A program made the translations under genes and the position numbers. Under the pieces are notes generated by a model. That model searched no databases. It was not told the origin of the DNA and saw only the letters and a list, made by a program, of their open reading frames with translations. Of a DNA stretch of 64,000 nt, positions 18,719 through 27,372 are shown in pieces. Origin of the DNA: Longimicrobiales bacterium (GTDB lineage Bacteria; Gemmatimonadota; Gemmatimonadetes; Longimicrobiales; Gaopeijiaceae); NCBI GenBank assembly GCA_965116905.1, contig OZ220732.1, positions 2,048,001 through 2,112,000 of the forward strand, in the 5' to 3' direction. Positions within the stretch are counted from its first letter, which is position 1, and each line of letters starts with the position of its first letter.

Positions 18719-19978
18719 CTAGCTCTTGGCGCCCTGGATCCGAACGCGGTAGGTGCCCTCCTTCAGGAAGATCTGAATCACGCCGTTGGCGCCTTCCTCG
18801 CCGTAGAGCATCTCGGCGGCGGGGCCCTTGATCACTTCGACGCGGTCGATGGCATCGGGGTCGAGGTCACCCAGGCTGGGAAGGTCCGGGTCCTCCAGAT
18901 CGCTGATCCCGTCAATCCGAACCCCGTCGATGTAGATGAGCGGAGAGTCGTCCATGCCGGATGCCCGCGCGCGCAGGAGTTCCTCCGCCCGCCGTTCCAC
19001 CTCGGCCTCGGTTCTCGCGATTTGTTCTTCGTCCATTGCCTCGATGAGAGCGTCCTGGACCTGGGTCGGGACCGGGGTGTCGCACGCGACGACAAGCGCC
19101 CCGACGGCCAGCGCGGCCAGCAGCAGCGCCTGGGCCGAATTCAGCTTCGTTCTCTTCTCGTTCATGGTTCTCAATCTCCTTTCGAGTAGACTTTTCGGTT
19201 GGGTCATCGCGGGAACCAGGGCCCAGCGGTTCCAGGACCTGGTGCCCGCGTCCAGCAGGACATCGCCGTAGTCCGCGGCCGCGACGCCCGACCCCAGGAC
19301 CCGCTGATCGCAGTCCATCTCCACGGCGGTGCGCAGGCGGCGGGCCATCCACCACGTCGCGGGACTCCAGGGCAGCGCCGCCACGGTCAGGCCGGCGTAC
19401 AGAAGCGAGAGGTGGTCGCGTGTGCGGGCGTGCTCGGATTCATGCCGAACGATCACCTCCCTCGCCCGCCGTTCGAGCCGCAGGACCCAGGCCGGGACAA
19501 CGACTTTCGGGCGCACGACACCGACCAGCGCGGGGCCGAAGCTGCGCGAGACGTAGACGTCCGTATCCTGAATCCACTGGCGTGGCCACCGGCGGCGGGC
19601 GCGGGCCACGAGGACCAGGAGGGTGCTCATGGCGGCGAGCATTGTCAGGGATCCCGCGCCCCACAAAGCGAGCGCGGCGCGCACCGACTCCGGGCCGTTG
19701 GGAAGCGGTACCAGCGAGGCCGGACTCCAGGGCCCCCCGGACGGCGCGCGGACGGCTCCGGCGGGGACGGGCGCGGCCGAGCCGATCGCCGGCGTGGATT
19801 CCGCCGACCGGGCCACGCCGATGGTGCCGGCGACCGGAATCGCCAGCGCCAATGTCAGGGCCGCGAGCCAGACGAACCGCCGCGGCCATCCAGCCGCGAT
19901 GGCCAACCTTTCGGCGGCCCATGCGGCGATGGCCACCACCCCTCCGATCACCGTTGCGTACAGCATCCACGCGATCAT
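18719..19978 (-). CDS. BlaR1-type M56 metallopeptidase with C-terminal TonB-dependent receptor plug-like domain
   Basis: GPALVG..RPKVVVP, HESEH (HExxH), EMDCD; C-terminal PLIYIDG...IDRVEVIKGPAA..LYG..GANGVIQI. Confidence 0.88.
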   Translation of the reverse strand: MIAWMLYATVIGGVVAIAAWAAERLAIAAGWPRRFVWLAALTLALAIPVAGTIGVARSAESTPAIGSAAPVPAGAVRAPSGGPWSPASLVPLPNGPESVRAALALWGAGSLTMLAAMSTLLVLVARARRRWPRQWIQDTDVYVSRSFGPALVGVVRPKVVVPAWVLRLERRAREVIVRHESEHARTRDHLSLLYAGLTVAALPWSPATWWMARRLRTAVEMDCDQRVLGSGVAAADYGDVLLDAGTRSWNRWALVPAMTQPKSLLERRLRTMNEKRTKLNSAQALLLAALAVGALVVACDTPVPTQVQDALIEAMDEEQIARTEAEVERRAEELLRARASGMDDSPLIYIDGVRIDGISDLEDPDLPSLGDLDPDAIDRVEVIKGPAAEMLYGEEGANGVIQIFLKEGTYRVRIQGAKS

Positions 19979-20376
19979 TCCTGGTCCCTCCCGCGTTCCG
20001 CCCGGTCCAGGACCGAACGCATGCGCTTGATTTCCTCGTCGCTGAATTCGCGATCTTCCACCAGCGTCGCCAGGAGCATCTCGGCGGATCCGTGGAAGAT
20101 CTTGTTGACGATCCGCCGAAGTGCCCGTCCGCCCGCGCTCGCCGATTCGACCAGGGGGATGTAGCGGTAGGCGCGTCCCTCGCGCTCGTGGCTCACCGCC
20201 CCCTTTTCCTCGAGGATCTGGAGCATCTTCAGGACCGTCGTATAGCCGACGTCGCCATCGAGAGCGTCGCGCACCTCGGCGACCGTCCCGGATCCCTCGC
20301 GCCACAACACGCTCATGATGTCGAGTTCCCGGTCCGTGAACCCCTTGCGACCACCGTCGCGCGGCTTGCCGGTCAT
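19975..20376 (-). CDS. BlaI/MecI/CopY family transcriptional repressor
   Basis: TDRELDIMSVLW...YTTVLKMLQILEEKG.V...GRAYRY. Confidence 0.92.
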   Translation of the reverse strand: MTGKPRDGGRKGFTDRELDIMSVLWREGSGTVAEVRDALDGDVGYTTVLKMLQILEEKGAVSHEREGRAYRYIPLVESASAGGRALRRIVNKIFHGSAEMLLATLVEDREFSDEEIKRMRSVLDRAERGRDQE

Positions 20377-21794
20377 CGGCCGTCCCTCCCCTCGCCTCGG
20401 GCGCCCTGGGCTGCACCACCGCGCGCGGCGGCCACCTCGGCCATTACCTCGCGCACCCGGCCGCCGAATCCCCTGGCCATCTCCATGACTTCATCCTCGT
20501 TGACGGTGACAACCTGTCCGTCCTGGACCACGACCCGACCGTTGACCAGAACCGTGGTCACGTCGCTCCCGCGCACCGCGTACACCAGGTGCGAATAGAC
20601 CGCGTAGAGCGGCGTGAGGCCCGGACGGCGCGTATCGACCAGCACGATGTCCGCGCGCTTGCCCGGCTCCAGCGACCCGATCTCGTCCTGCAGGTTGAGC
20701 ACGCGTGCGCCACCCGTCGTCGCCATCCGGAACACGGTTTCCGCGGGGAGCGCCGCCGGATCCCCCAGCATGAGCTTCTGCAGCTTCGCGGCGGCGTCCA
20801 TCTCGTCGAACATGTCGAGGTCGTTGTTGCTCACGGGCCCGTCGGTACCCAGGCCAACGGGGATGCCCGCGGCCAGCGCGGCGGTGACCGGGGCGGCCCT
20901 CGCGATTCCCAGCTTCATGTTGCTCTGCGGATTGTGCGCGATCCCGGCTCCCGATGCGGCGATCCGCGCGATGTCGTCGTCCGACAGGTAGATGGCGTGG
21001 GCCAGCACCGTCCCGGGCCTCAGGGCACCGATCGACTCCAGGGCCTCGATGACGCCCATCCCGGTCAACTCCCGGGCGGCCGCGTCCTCGCTCGCGTCCT
21101 CGACGGCGTGGATCTGGAAGACCGCGTCGTACTCCTCCGCCAGCCGAAAGGCCGCCTCGACGGCGTGCAGCGGGGTCGTGTAGAGCGCGTGCGCCGCGAC
21201 CGCCGGCACCACCGTGGGGTGGTCCTGGTAGCGGGCCATGAACTCGTCCGCGTCCGCGAGGGTTTCCTCGGGCGAGGCGTAGTCGGGGGCGGGGAAGCCG
21301 ATCACGTGCGGGCCGGTGACCGCCCGGATGCCCGCGTCGACCGTCGCGCGCGCCATGTCATCCCGGAAGTAGTACATGTCCGCGAAGGTCGTCGTCCCCC
21401 CCTTCAGCATCTCGACCGAGGACAGCAGGGTTCCCCAGTAGACGAAGTCGGGAGCCACGAGTGCGGCCTCGGCCGGGAAGATGTAGTCCTCGAGCCAGGT
21501 CAGGAGCGGCAGGTCGTCGGCGAGACCGCGCAGCAGCGACATGGCGGCGTGGCCATGCGTGTTGACCAGTCCCGGGATGACCAGGTGGCCGGTGGCATCG
21601 ATGACGCGGACGCCGGTGGGGCGGGGATCGTCCGGCGCGAGGAGCGCGGCGATGCGGTCGCCCTCCACGAGGACGCCGCCCCCGTCCAGGATCGTGCCGG
21701 GCGCGTCCATGACGACGACCGTGCCGCCGTCGATGAGCAGGCGGCCGTCGGGCGGGGCGGGGGCGGGGGCACAGCCTGCAAGCACGAGGGCCAT
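20373..21794 (-). CDS. MtaD/SsnA-like amidohydrolase (5'-methylthioadenosine/SAH deaminase-like) with LAGC lipobox; start may lie slightly upstream
   Basis: PGLVNTHGH, GTTTFADMY, HNPQSNMKL, LGTDG..SNNDLDMF. Confidence 0.85.
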   Translation of the reverse strand: MALVLAGCAPAPAPPDGRLLIDGGTVVVMDAPGTILDGGGVLVEGDRIAALLAPDDPRPTGVRVIDATGHLVIPGLVNTHGHAAMSLLRGLADDLPLLTWLEDYIFPAEAALVAPDFVYWGTLLSSVEMLKGGTTTFADMYYFRDDMARATVDAGIRAVTGPHVIGFPAPDYASPEETLADADEFMARYQDHPTVVPAVAAHALYTTPLHAVEAAFRLAEEYDAVFQIHAVEDASEDAAARELTGMGVIEALESIGALRPGTVLAHAIYLSDDDIARIAASGAGIAHNPQSNMKLGIARAAPVTAALAAGIPVGLGTDGPVSNNDLDMFDEMDAAAKLQKLMLGDPAALPAETVFRMATTGGARVLNLQDEIGSLEPGKRADIVLVDTRRPGLTPLYAVYSHLVYAVRGSDVTTVLVNGRVVVQDGQVVTVNEDEVMEMARGFGGRVREVMAEVAAARGGAAQGARGEGRDGR

Positions 21795-21866
21795 GTAGAA
21801 TGTATACTTTACTTTACACAATGTAATCTTTTGTTTACAGTGGGCGCCCCGCGGACACCGCCAATC

Positions 21867-21880
21867 ACGAAAGATTTCGT
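21867..21880. promoter_or_regulatory. Perfect palindrome ACGAAA-GA-TTTCGT, candidate operator, just downstream of a minus-strand TTGACA-N18-TAAGGT promoter
   Basis: Palindrome seen; near-copy at 23095. Confidence 0.55.
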
Positions 21881-21969
21881 ACATAGTCATTGAGACACCT
21901 TAAAGGCGAATGTGTTCCGGTGTCAACGATGTGGCGGGTCTGCGGACGGCGAAACCCACGGCAGGCGTG

Positions 21970-23068
21970 CTACCGACGCAGTGTGATCCAGTCGCAGTCG
22001 TCGGCGTCCACGGCGATGCGCCGGAGCACGGTGACGGCGTCGCCTCCGCCCAACACCTGTTCCAGCACCAGCAGCCTGTCACCCTCGAACCCGACGACCG
22101 GATGCGACTCCGGCCCCAGTGGCACGCGCGCGTCCGGGCAGGCCCGCGTGCGGTCCGCGTCGATGACCGAGACCCACAGCGTCTCGGTGTGAAGTGGGGG
22201 ATCCTCTCCGGCCATGTCAGCGTGCACCAGCAAGAGGGAGCCATCCGGACGGCGGTGAACACCCCTGGCCAGCGAAAACAGACCGAAGGTGCTGAAATAG
22301 TCACCGGTTTGCAGTTGGTCCATGATCACGGACTCGGGATCGGCGGGGGTCTCGCGCCGGCGGACTGCGGGCACCTCGAAGCGGTCGGAGTTCCCGGCCG
22401 GACTTGTCTGCCAGAATCAGGTGCGGAAGCGGCATGAACGCGACGAGCAGCGTGTCCGCCCACATCGTGAAAGGCATGGAATTGAACATGCCTCCGACCG
22501 GTCCCCCCTCCCGGTACGGCTCCGGCAGGTCCACGATGGGTTCGGCCTCGTCCTCACCCAGCGTCAACCGGCGTACCGCGCTGCGGGGTGCGTAGTAAGC
22601 GCCGCTGATCCAGAGATCGTCTGTGTCGACAGCTGCCAGTTCGACATATCCCCGTAACGGGAATCGCTCCACAAACCGGGCGCTTGTCCGTTCGAAGCGC
22701 TGAACGGCAAAGGGCTTCCACGAAAGCACCAATATGTGATCGACACCGTGGGGCAGGGCAATCTGGGCTTCCTCCCATTCACCCGGCCCCTCGCCTCCCT
22801 CTCCGTATCGTAGAATCAGGCGTCCGTCCGCAGAGTATTGAAACACGCGGGGCTGCCGGTAGTCGGTGACCAGGTAGCCTCCGGCACCGTCCGGAACGAC
22901 CGACCCGGGGTAGACCAGGTAGTCGTCCCTGGATTCCTCCAGCACGATCGAGTCGCGAGCCTCCACCCTGGGTTGGGCAAACAGACCGGGCGCCGGTGTC
23001 CCGACAAACGCAAGTACGCCGAGGCCGACCGACGCCATGACGGTGGTGGGGGAGTGGTTGCTGGGCAT
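21970..23068 (-). pseudogene. Exported 6-bladed beta-propeller-type protein, paralogue 4, split by a +1 frameshift at about 22387
   Basis: ORFs 22301..23068 (GEGPGEW) and 21970..22374 join as ...GRELDRFEVPAVR if one base is removed. Confidence 0.75.
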
Positions 23069-23094
23069 CGAACACGGGCTCCCGATACGGTGTG

Positions 23095-23108
23095 ACGAAA
23101 ACCTTCGT
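23095..23108. promoter_or_regulatory. Second copy of the palindrome (ACGAAA-AC-CTTCGT), about 27 bp upstream of the paralogue-4 start
   Basis: Both copies read ACGAAAnnnTTCGTAC. Confidence 0.5.
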
Positions 23109-23217
23109 ACTCAAGTGTGATACATTGAAGCCGGTTCCGGGTTGCCCTCGGGTGTGTCAGGGGACACGTCGTTGGCACCACCCGGCGACGTCAACGGAGC
23201 GTCGGGAACGCCCTCTC

Positions 23218-23832
23218 ATGACACGACCGAACAAGGTCGGCGCCAACAACGCCGGCAGGGACGACCCGCGCAGCCTGCTGCGCCGCCGCGACCGCGGCAA
23301 GGACGATGCGTGGGTTGCCGCCTTCATGAAGCGGGCGGCCTATGGCTTCCTCGCCACCGTGGGCAGCGGGGGCCAACCCTTTCTCAACTCGAATCTCTTC
23401 GTCTACGACGACACCGGCGGGGACCGGCGCATCTACCTGCACACCCACAGAACCGGCCGCACCCGCGACAACCTGGAGTCGGCCGAAAAGGTCGCGTTCA
23501 GCACGGTGGCCATGGGCCGTCTTCTGCCGGCTCCGGAGGCGCTGGAGTTCTCGGTGGAGTACGCGGGCGTCGTGGCGTTCGGGACGGGGCGGGTGGTGAC
23601 CGACCAGGTCGAGGCCCGCGAGGCCCTGCAGATGCTCCTCGACAAGTACGCGCCGCACCTCCGGCCGGGTGTGGACTACCGGGCGACCACCGACGACGAA
23701 CTCAAGCGGACCGCCGTCTACCGCATCGATGTCGAAGCCTGGAGCGGCAAGCAGAAAGAGGTCCCCGAGGACTTCCCCGGCGCGTTCAGCCTGGATCTGC
23801 CTCCGGTGCCGTTCCCGGGGCGCGCGGGCTAG
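23218..23832 (+). CDS. Pyridoxamine 5'-phosphate oxidase-like flavin-binding protein (NimA-like)
   Basis: LRRRDR...IYLH..RTGRT..N...EFSVEYAGVVAFG...WSGKQK. Confidence 0.85.
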   Translation: MTRPNKVGANNAGRDDPRSLLRRRDRGKDDAWVAAFMKRAAYGFLATVGSGGQPFLNSNLFVYDDTGGDRRIYLHTHRTGRTRDNLESAEKVAFSTVAMGRLLPAPEALEFSVEYAGVVAFGTGRVVTDQVEAREALQMLLDKYAPHLRPGVDYRATTDDELKRTAVYRIDVEAWSGKQKEVPEDFPGAFSLDLPPVPFPGRAG

Positions 23833-23901
23833 CAGCTCCGGGCTCACCTGGCCGCAAGGCGAGCCGTAGCGCAGCCGGCGAGGGTCCCACCAATGCCGAA
23901 G

Positions 23902-23989
23902 CAGGGTTTTCCCCTGGCGAATACAGGGTTTTCCCTTGGGGAATACAGGGTTTTCCCTCACGAACTACAGGGTTTTCCCTCTACAAGAG
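23902..23989 (+). repeat. Four direct repeats with invariant core CAGGGTTTTCCC at exact 22-bp period
   Basis: Cores start at 23902, 23924, 23946, 23968. Confidence 0.92.
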
Positions 23990-24052
23990 CTGAATTGTGC
24001 CTCCGAGATTTCAGTTGTCGCGACAGGAAGCGCGAAACCAGGAGGTCACAGG

Positions 24053-24268
24053 ATGACGCAGGCTACCCAATCAACCTCGGTGCCAGAGCGCTATGCCGGG
24101 TTCGTTACGCTGCTGACGCTCGGGATTGCGGCTGGAGCTGTTGCGGCCGCGGTGCTGCACAAAACCCCGCCGACGAAGTCCGAAGCGACCACCACGCCTC
24201 CGCCCGGTGCGGCACATGAGTGGCTCGGCATCGGTGGCGCCTGTCGGCCGCCCGGAGCAGGCACATGA
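24053..24268 (+). CDS. Small hypothetical single-TM protein (71 aa)
   Basis: GGAGG SD upstream; hydrophobic segment FVTLLTLGIAAGAVAAAVL; ATGA coupling to next ORF. Confidence 0.6.
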   Translation: MTQATQSTSVPERYAGFVTLLTLGIAAGAVAAAVLHKTPPTKSEATTTPPPGAAHEWLGIGGACRPPGAGT

Positions 24269-24525
24269 TCGTCGAGATCCGGGTGCAGCGGTTGAGCCCC
24301 TGGGACGCGGAGGAACACGTCCGGCTCGTGGAGACGCAGGACATGAGCAAGGTCATGGGCGCATTGACCGATACGGCCAGTCGCTATGCCAAGGTTCGCA
24401 GAGGCCACTGGCGAGCAACCGCCTGGAGCATGTCCGGTATGCCGGTTGCCAGCGTCAGCGTCTCTCCGGATGCCACCGCCAGCCGCAATGGCAGCGTTCG
24501 CGTCGGCCGCCGTGTAGCGACGTAG
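24265..24525 (+). CDS. Small hypothetical protein (86 aa)
   Basis: ATGA overlap; protein-like composition MIVEIRVQRLSPWDAEEHVRLVE...; ends just before the convergent gene. Confidence 0.6.
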   Translation: MIVEIRVQRLSPWDAEEHVRLVETQDMSKVMGALTDTASRYAKVRRGHWRATAWSMSGMPVASVSVSPDATASRNGSVRVGRRVAT

Positions 24526-24533
24526 GCTCCCCT

Positions 24534-25907
24534 TCAGCCCGCGTGCTTCGCGGCAAGCGCCTCCAGCCCGGCGTCGATCTCCTCCCCGGACACCCACCGC
24601 CCACGCACCATCACCCCGGCGCGGTCGAACAGGTTCGCCAGGTCGTCGAGCGGGTTCGAACCCAGCAGCACCAGGTCCGCCCGCTGTCCCGGCGCGATGG
24701 TCCCGAAGTTGCCGTCGAGCCCCAGGTGCGAGGCCACGTATTCGCCCACCGTGACCGTGCCGCTCTTCAGGATCTCGTAGTTCGACATGCCGGTCTCGGC
24801 CATCACCTGCAGCTCCCGGTGGAGCGCGAACCCGGGCACGTTGAACAGCTGCGGCGAGTCGGTTCCCATCAGGATGCCGGCTCCGGCGTCGGACAGCGCC
24901 TTCAGGATCCGGTCGCGAAGGTCCAGGTAGACGGCGACTTCCTCCGGCGGTCCGCGGCCCGCGCTCGCCCGCTGGCGCCAGCCCTGCCGGGTGTCTGGTG
25001 ACACGTAGCGCATCTCCGGCTGCTGCAGCATGGCGTCGGCGTCGGTCGCGCCGTAGAGGTTTCGCCACAGGTACTGGGTCGGCACCACGTAGACATCGTG
25101 CTCGATCGTCATGCGGACGATCTCGTCGAGCTTGGCCTCGTCCACACCCCGGGCCAACCCGCCGAGGCTGATGACGCCCGCGTTCACCTGCGCCTGCACG
25201 TCGTCGGATGCGATGGCCTGGATGTAGCCGTCGAGGTGATCGACGGTCGACATGCCCGTCTCGATCGCGTGCACCAGCCCCACGTCGGCTGGAACGTGGC
25301 CGCTGTAGGTGAATCCCATCGGTTGCGCCACGGCAACCATGTGATCCCAGGTGTCGCGCGACACGCCGGGGTGGATCTTCTGCAGGTCGTACCCGGCCTC
25401 CACGTGGGCGCGGATCAGAGTCTCGGCCTCGGCCGGCGAAGGTGCGGACGCGCCGTTGATCGACGGCGCGCCGACGTAGAAGTTCGGGCCCAGCACCTCG
25501 CCGCGTTCGATTTCATCGGCAAGCGGGATCTGGTAGGCCGACCCGAGCATGCCCCGGATCGTGGTGATCCCGTTGGCTACGTACAGGAACAGGATGTCCT
25601 CGACCTCCTCGCGCGGAGGATCGTCGCCCGGCGGGACGTGCGCGTGCATCTCGGCGAGCCCCGGCATCAGGAAACGGCCGGTCCCGTCGATTTCGGTCGC
25701 CCCGCGGGGCACATCGACCTCGCCGGCAGGCCCGACCGTTGTAATCACACCGTCCTGGACCACCACGGTCTGGCCCGCCATCACGGCGTCGGAAGTCATC
25801 GGGAGCACGGCCACGTTCGTGAACGCGGTGAGTCCCGGAACGGTCTGGGCCTCGCAGGCCGCCAGCGCACCCGCCCCCGCCAGAGCCAACATCTGCAACG
25901 TCTTCAT
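24534..25907 (-). CDS. Amidohydrolase family lipoprotein
   Basis: LAAC lipobox; MPGLAEMHAH; GITTIRGM; MGTDSPQ; GQRADLVLL. Confidence 0.85.
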   Translation of the reverse strand: MKTLQMLALAGAGALAACEAQTVPGLTAFTNVAVLPMTSDAVMAGQTVVVQDGVITTVGPAGEVDVPRGATEIDGTGRFLMPGLAEMHAHVPPGDDPPREEVEDILFLYVANGITTIRGMLGSAYQIPLADEIERGEVLGPNFYVGAPSINGASAPSPAEAETLIRAHVEAGYDLQKIHPGVSRDTWDHMVAVAQPMGFTYSGHVPADVGLVHAIETGMSTVDHLDGYIQAIASDDVQAQVNAGVISLGGLARGVDEAKLDEIVRMTIEHDVYVVPTQYLWRNLYGATDADAMLQQPEMRYVSPDTRQGWRQRASAGRGPPEEVAVYLDLRDRILKALSDAGAGILMGTDSPQLFNVPGFALHRELQVMAETGMSNYEILKSGTVTVGEYVASHLGLDGNFGTIAPGQRADLVLLGSNPLDDLANLFDRAGVMVRGRWVSGEEIDAGLEALAAKHAG

Positions 25908-26019
25908 TCCATTCCCCCCAGTTGCGGTTCCGCCGGCACTTGCGGTAAATGCGCACGCACCCTGATCTCTCATGATAATACGTGACGACCTGGATCATGC
26001 GCGACGACCTGGAGTGACG

Positions 26020-27306
26020 ATGAGTTCACCTGCCAACGGCGGCCCGGGCCCTGCAACGGCCGGTCCCGCAACCGCCGACTCCGCGACCTCCGGCCCCGCA
26101 GCTGCCGGTCCCACCACCGAGCGGATCGCCTCGATCGATGTCCTGCGCGGCTTCGCCGTCCTCGGCATCCTGATCGTGAACATGCAGGGGTTCGCGAGGA
26201 TCTCCACAGCCTATGTGAATCCCGTCTCGGCCGGCGGGTTCGAGGGCGCGGATGTGTGGCTGTGGTCGATCGTCTACCTCTTCGCGGACACCAAGTTCAT
26301 CTCGATCTTCTCGATGCTCTTCGGTGCGGGCATGGCGATGATGAGCGACCGGATGGCCGCGCGGGGCGCCTCAGGAACCGGACTGCACTACCGCCGCCAG
26401 TTCTGGCTGCTGCTGATCGGACTCGTGCACGCCTACCTGATCTGGCATGGCGACATCCTCGTGGCCTACGCGCTCTGTGGCTTCCTGCTCTACCCGCTCC
26501 GGAACCTCGGGCCGCGGCGACTGTTGTGGATCGGGGGCGGTGCGGTCGCGTTCATCGTGCCGCTGTGGGGCCTGTTCGGCATGTCCATGGCATACTGGCC
26601 GCCGGAGGACCTGGCGTTGGCGGCTGCGGAGTGGACGCCGTCACAGGAGACGGTGGACGCGGAGATCGCGGCGTTCCGCGGTTCCTGGGCCGGGCAGGTC
26701 CAGGCGCGCGCACCGATCGCGCTCACGCTTCAGACGACCGCGTTCCTCGGTTTCTTCCTGTGGCGGGCCGGGGGACTCATGCTGGTCGGGATGGCCCTGT
26801 ACCGGCTCGGCGTCCTGGCAGCGTTGCGTTCACCCGCCTTCTACCGCCGCATGGCGGTGATCGGTCTCGCCGCCGGACTGCCCCTCGCCGCCGCGGGCGT
26901 TGCGTACAAGCTGCACCACGACTTCGCCTTCGAAAGGACGATGTTCCAGGGCACGCTGTTCAACTACGTCGGATCGGTGGGCGTCTGCCTCGGATATCTT
27001 GCGCTGGTCATGCTGGCGGTCCAACGCGGCTGGCTTGCGGGCCTGCAGCGGCGGTTGGCTGCGACGGGCCGGATGGCGCTCACGAATTACATCGCTCAGA
27101 GCGTGATCTGTACGCTCATCTTCTATGGGCACGGCCTGGGGTTGTTCGAGCGGGTGGGCGCGCCGGGGAGGCTCGGAATCGTGGTGGGGATCTGGGTGCT
27201 GCAGCTGCTGTGGTCGCCGTGGTGGCTCGCGCGCTACCGTTTCGGGCCGCTCGAGTGGGCCTGGCGTTCGCTGTCGTATATGAAGAGGCAACCGTTGCGG
27301 CGGTGA
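26020..27306 (+). CDS. DUF418 (YeiB-like) membrane protein
   Basis: RIASIDVLRGFAVLGIL, FSMLFG.G, GDIL, GRMALTNY, FGPLEWAWR. Confidence 0.9.
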   Translation: MSSPANGGPGPATAGPATADSATSGPAAAGPTTERIASIDVLRGFAVLGILIVNMQGFARISTAYVNPVSAGGFEGADVWLWSIVYLFADTKFISIFSMLFGAGMAMMSDRMAARGASGTGLHYRRQFWLLLIGLVHAYLIWHGDILVAYALCGFLLYPLRNLGPRRLLWIGGGAVAFIVPLWGLFGMSMAYWPPEDLALAAAEWTPSQETVDAEIAAFRGSWAGQVQARAPIALTLQTTAFLGFFLWRAGGLMLVGMALYRLGVLAALRSPAFYRRMAVIGLAAGLPLAAAGVAYKLHHDFAFERTMFQGTLFNYVGSVGVCLGYLALVMLAVQRGWLAGLQRRLAATGRMALTNYIAQSVICTLIFYGHGLGLFERVGAPGRLGIVVGIWVLQLLWSPWWLARYRFGPLEWAWRSLSYMKRQPLRR

Positions 27307-27372
27307 GGCGGCAGGGGGCGTGACTGGGAACTCCCGACCGCTGGGAGGCCTTTTGTCGCGACGAAGGCGGGC

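Noticed and set aside
21919..23179. Inverted 13/15 match (ggtgtcaacgatgtg / cacgtcgttggcacc) flanking propeller 4 as mobile or invertible ends
   Set aside because: Short and imperfect, overlaps a likely -35 box, and no recombinase or target duplication is seen; may be chance
23902..23989. CRISPR mini-array or plasmid origin
   Set aside because: Spacers are only 10 bp and mutually similar; no cas or rep gene nearby and no extended AT-rich unwinding region
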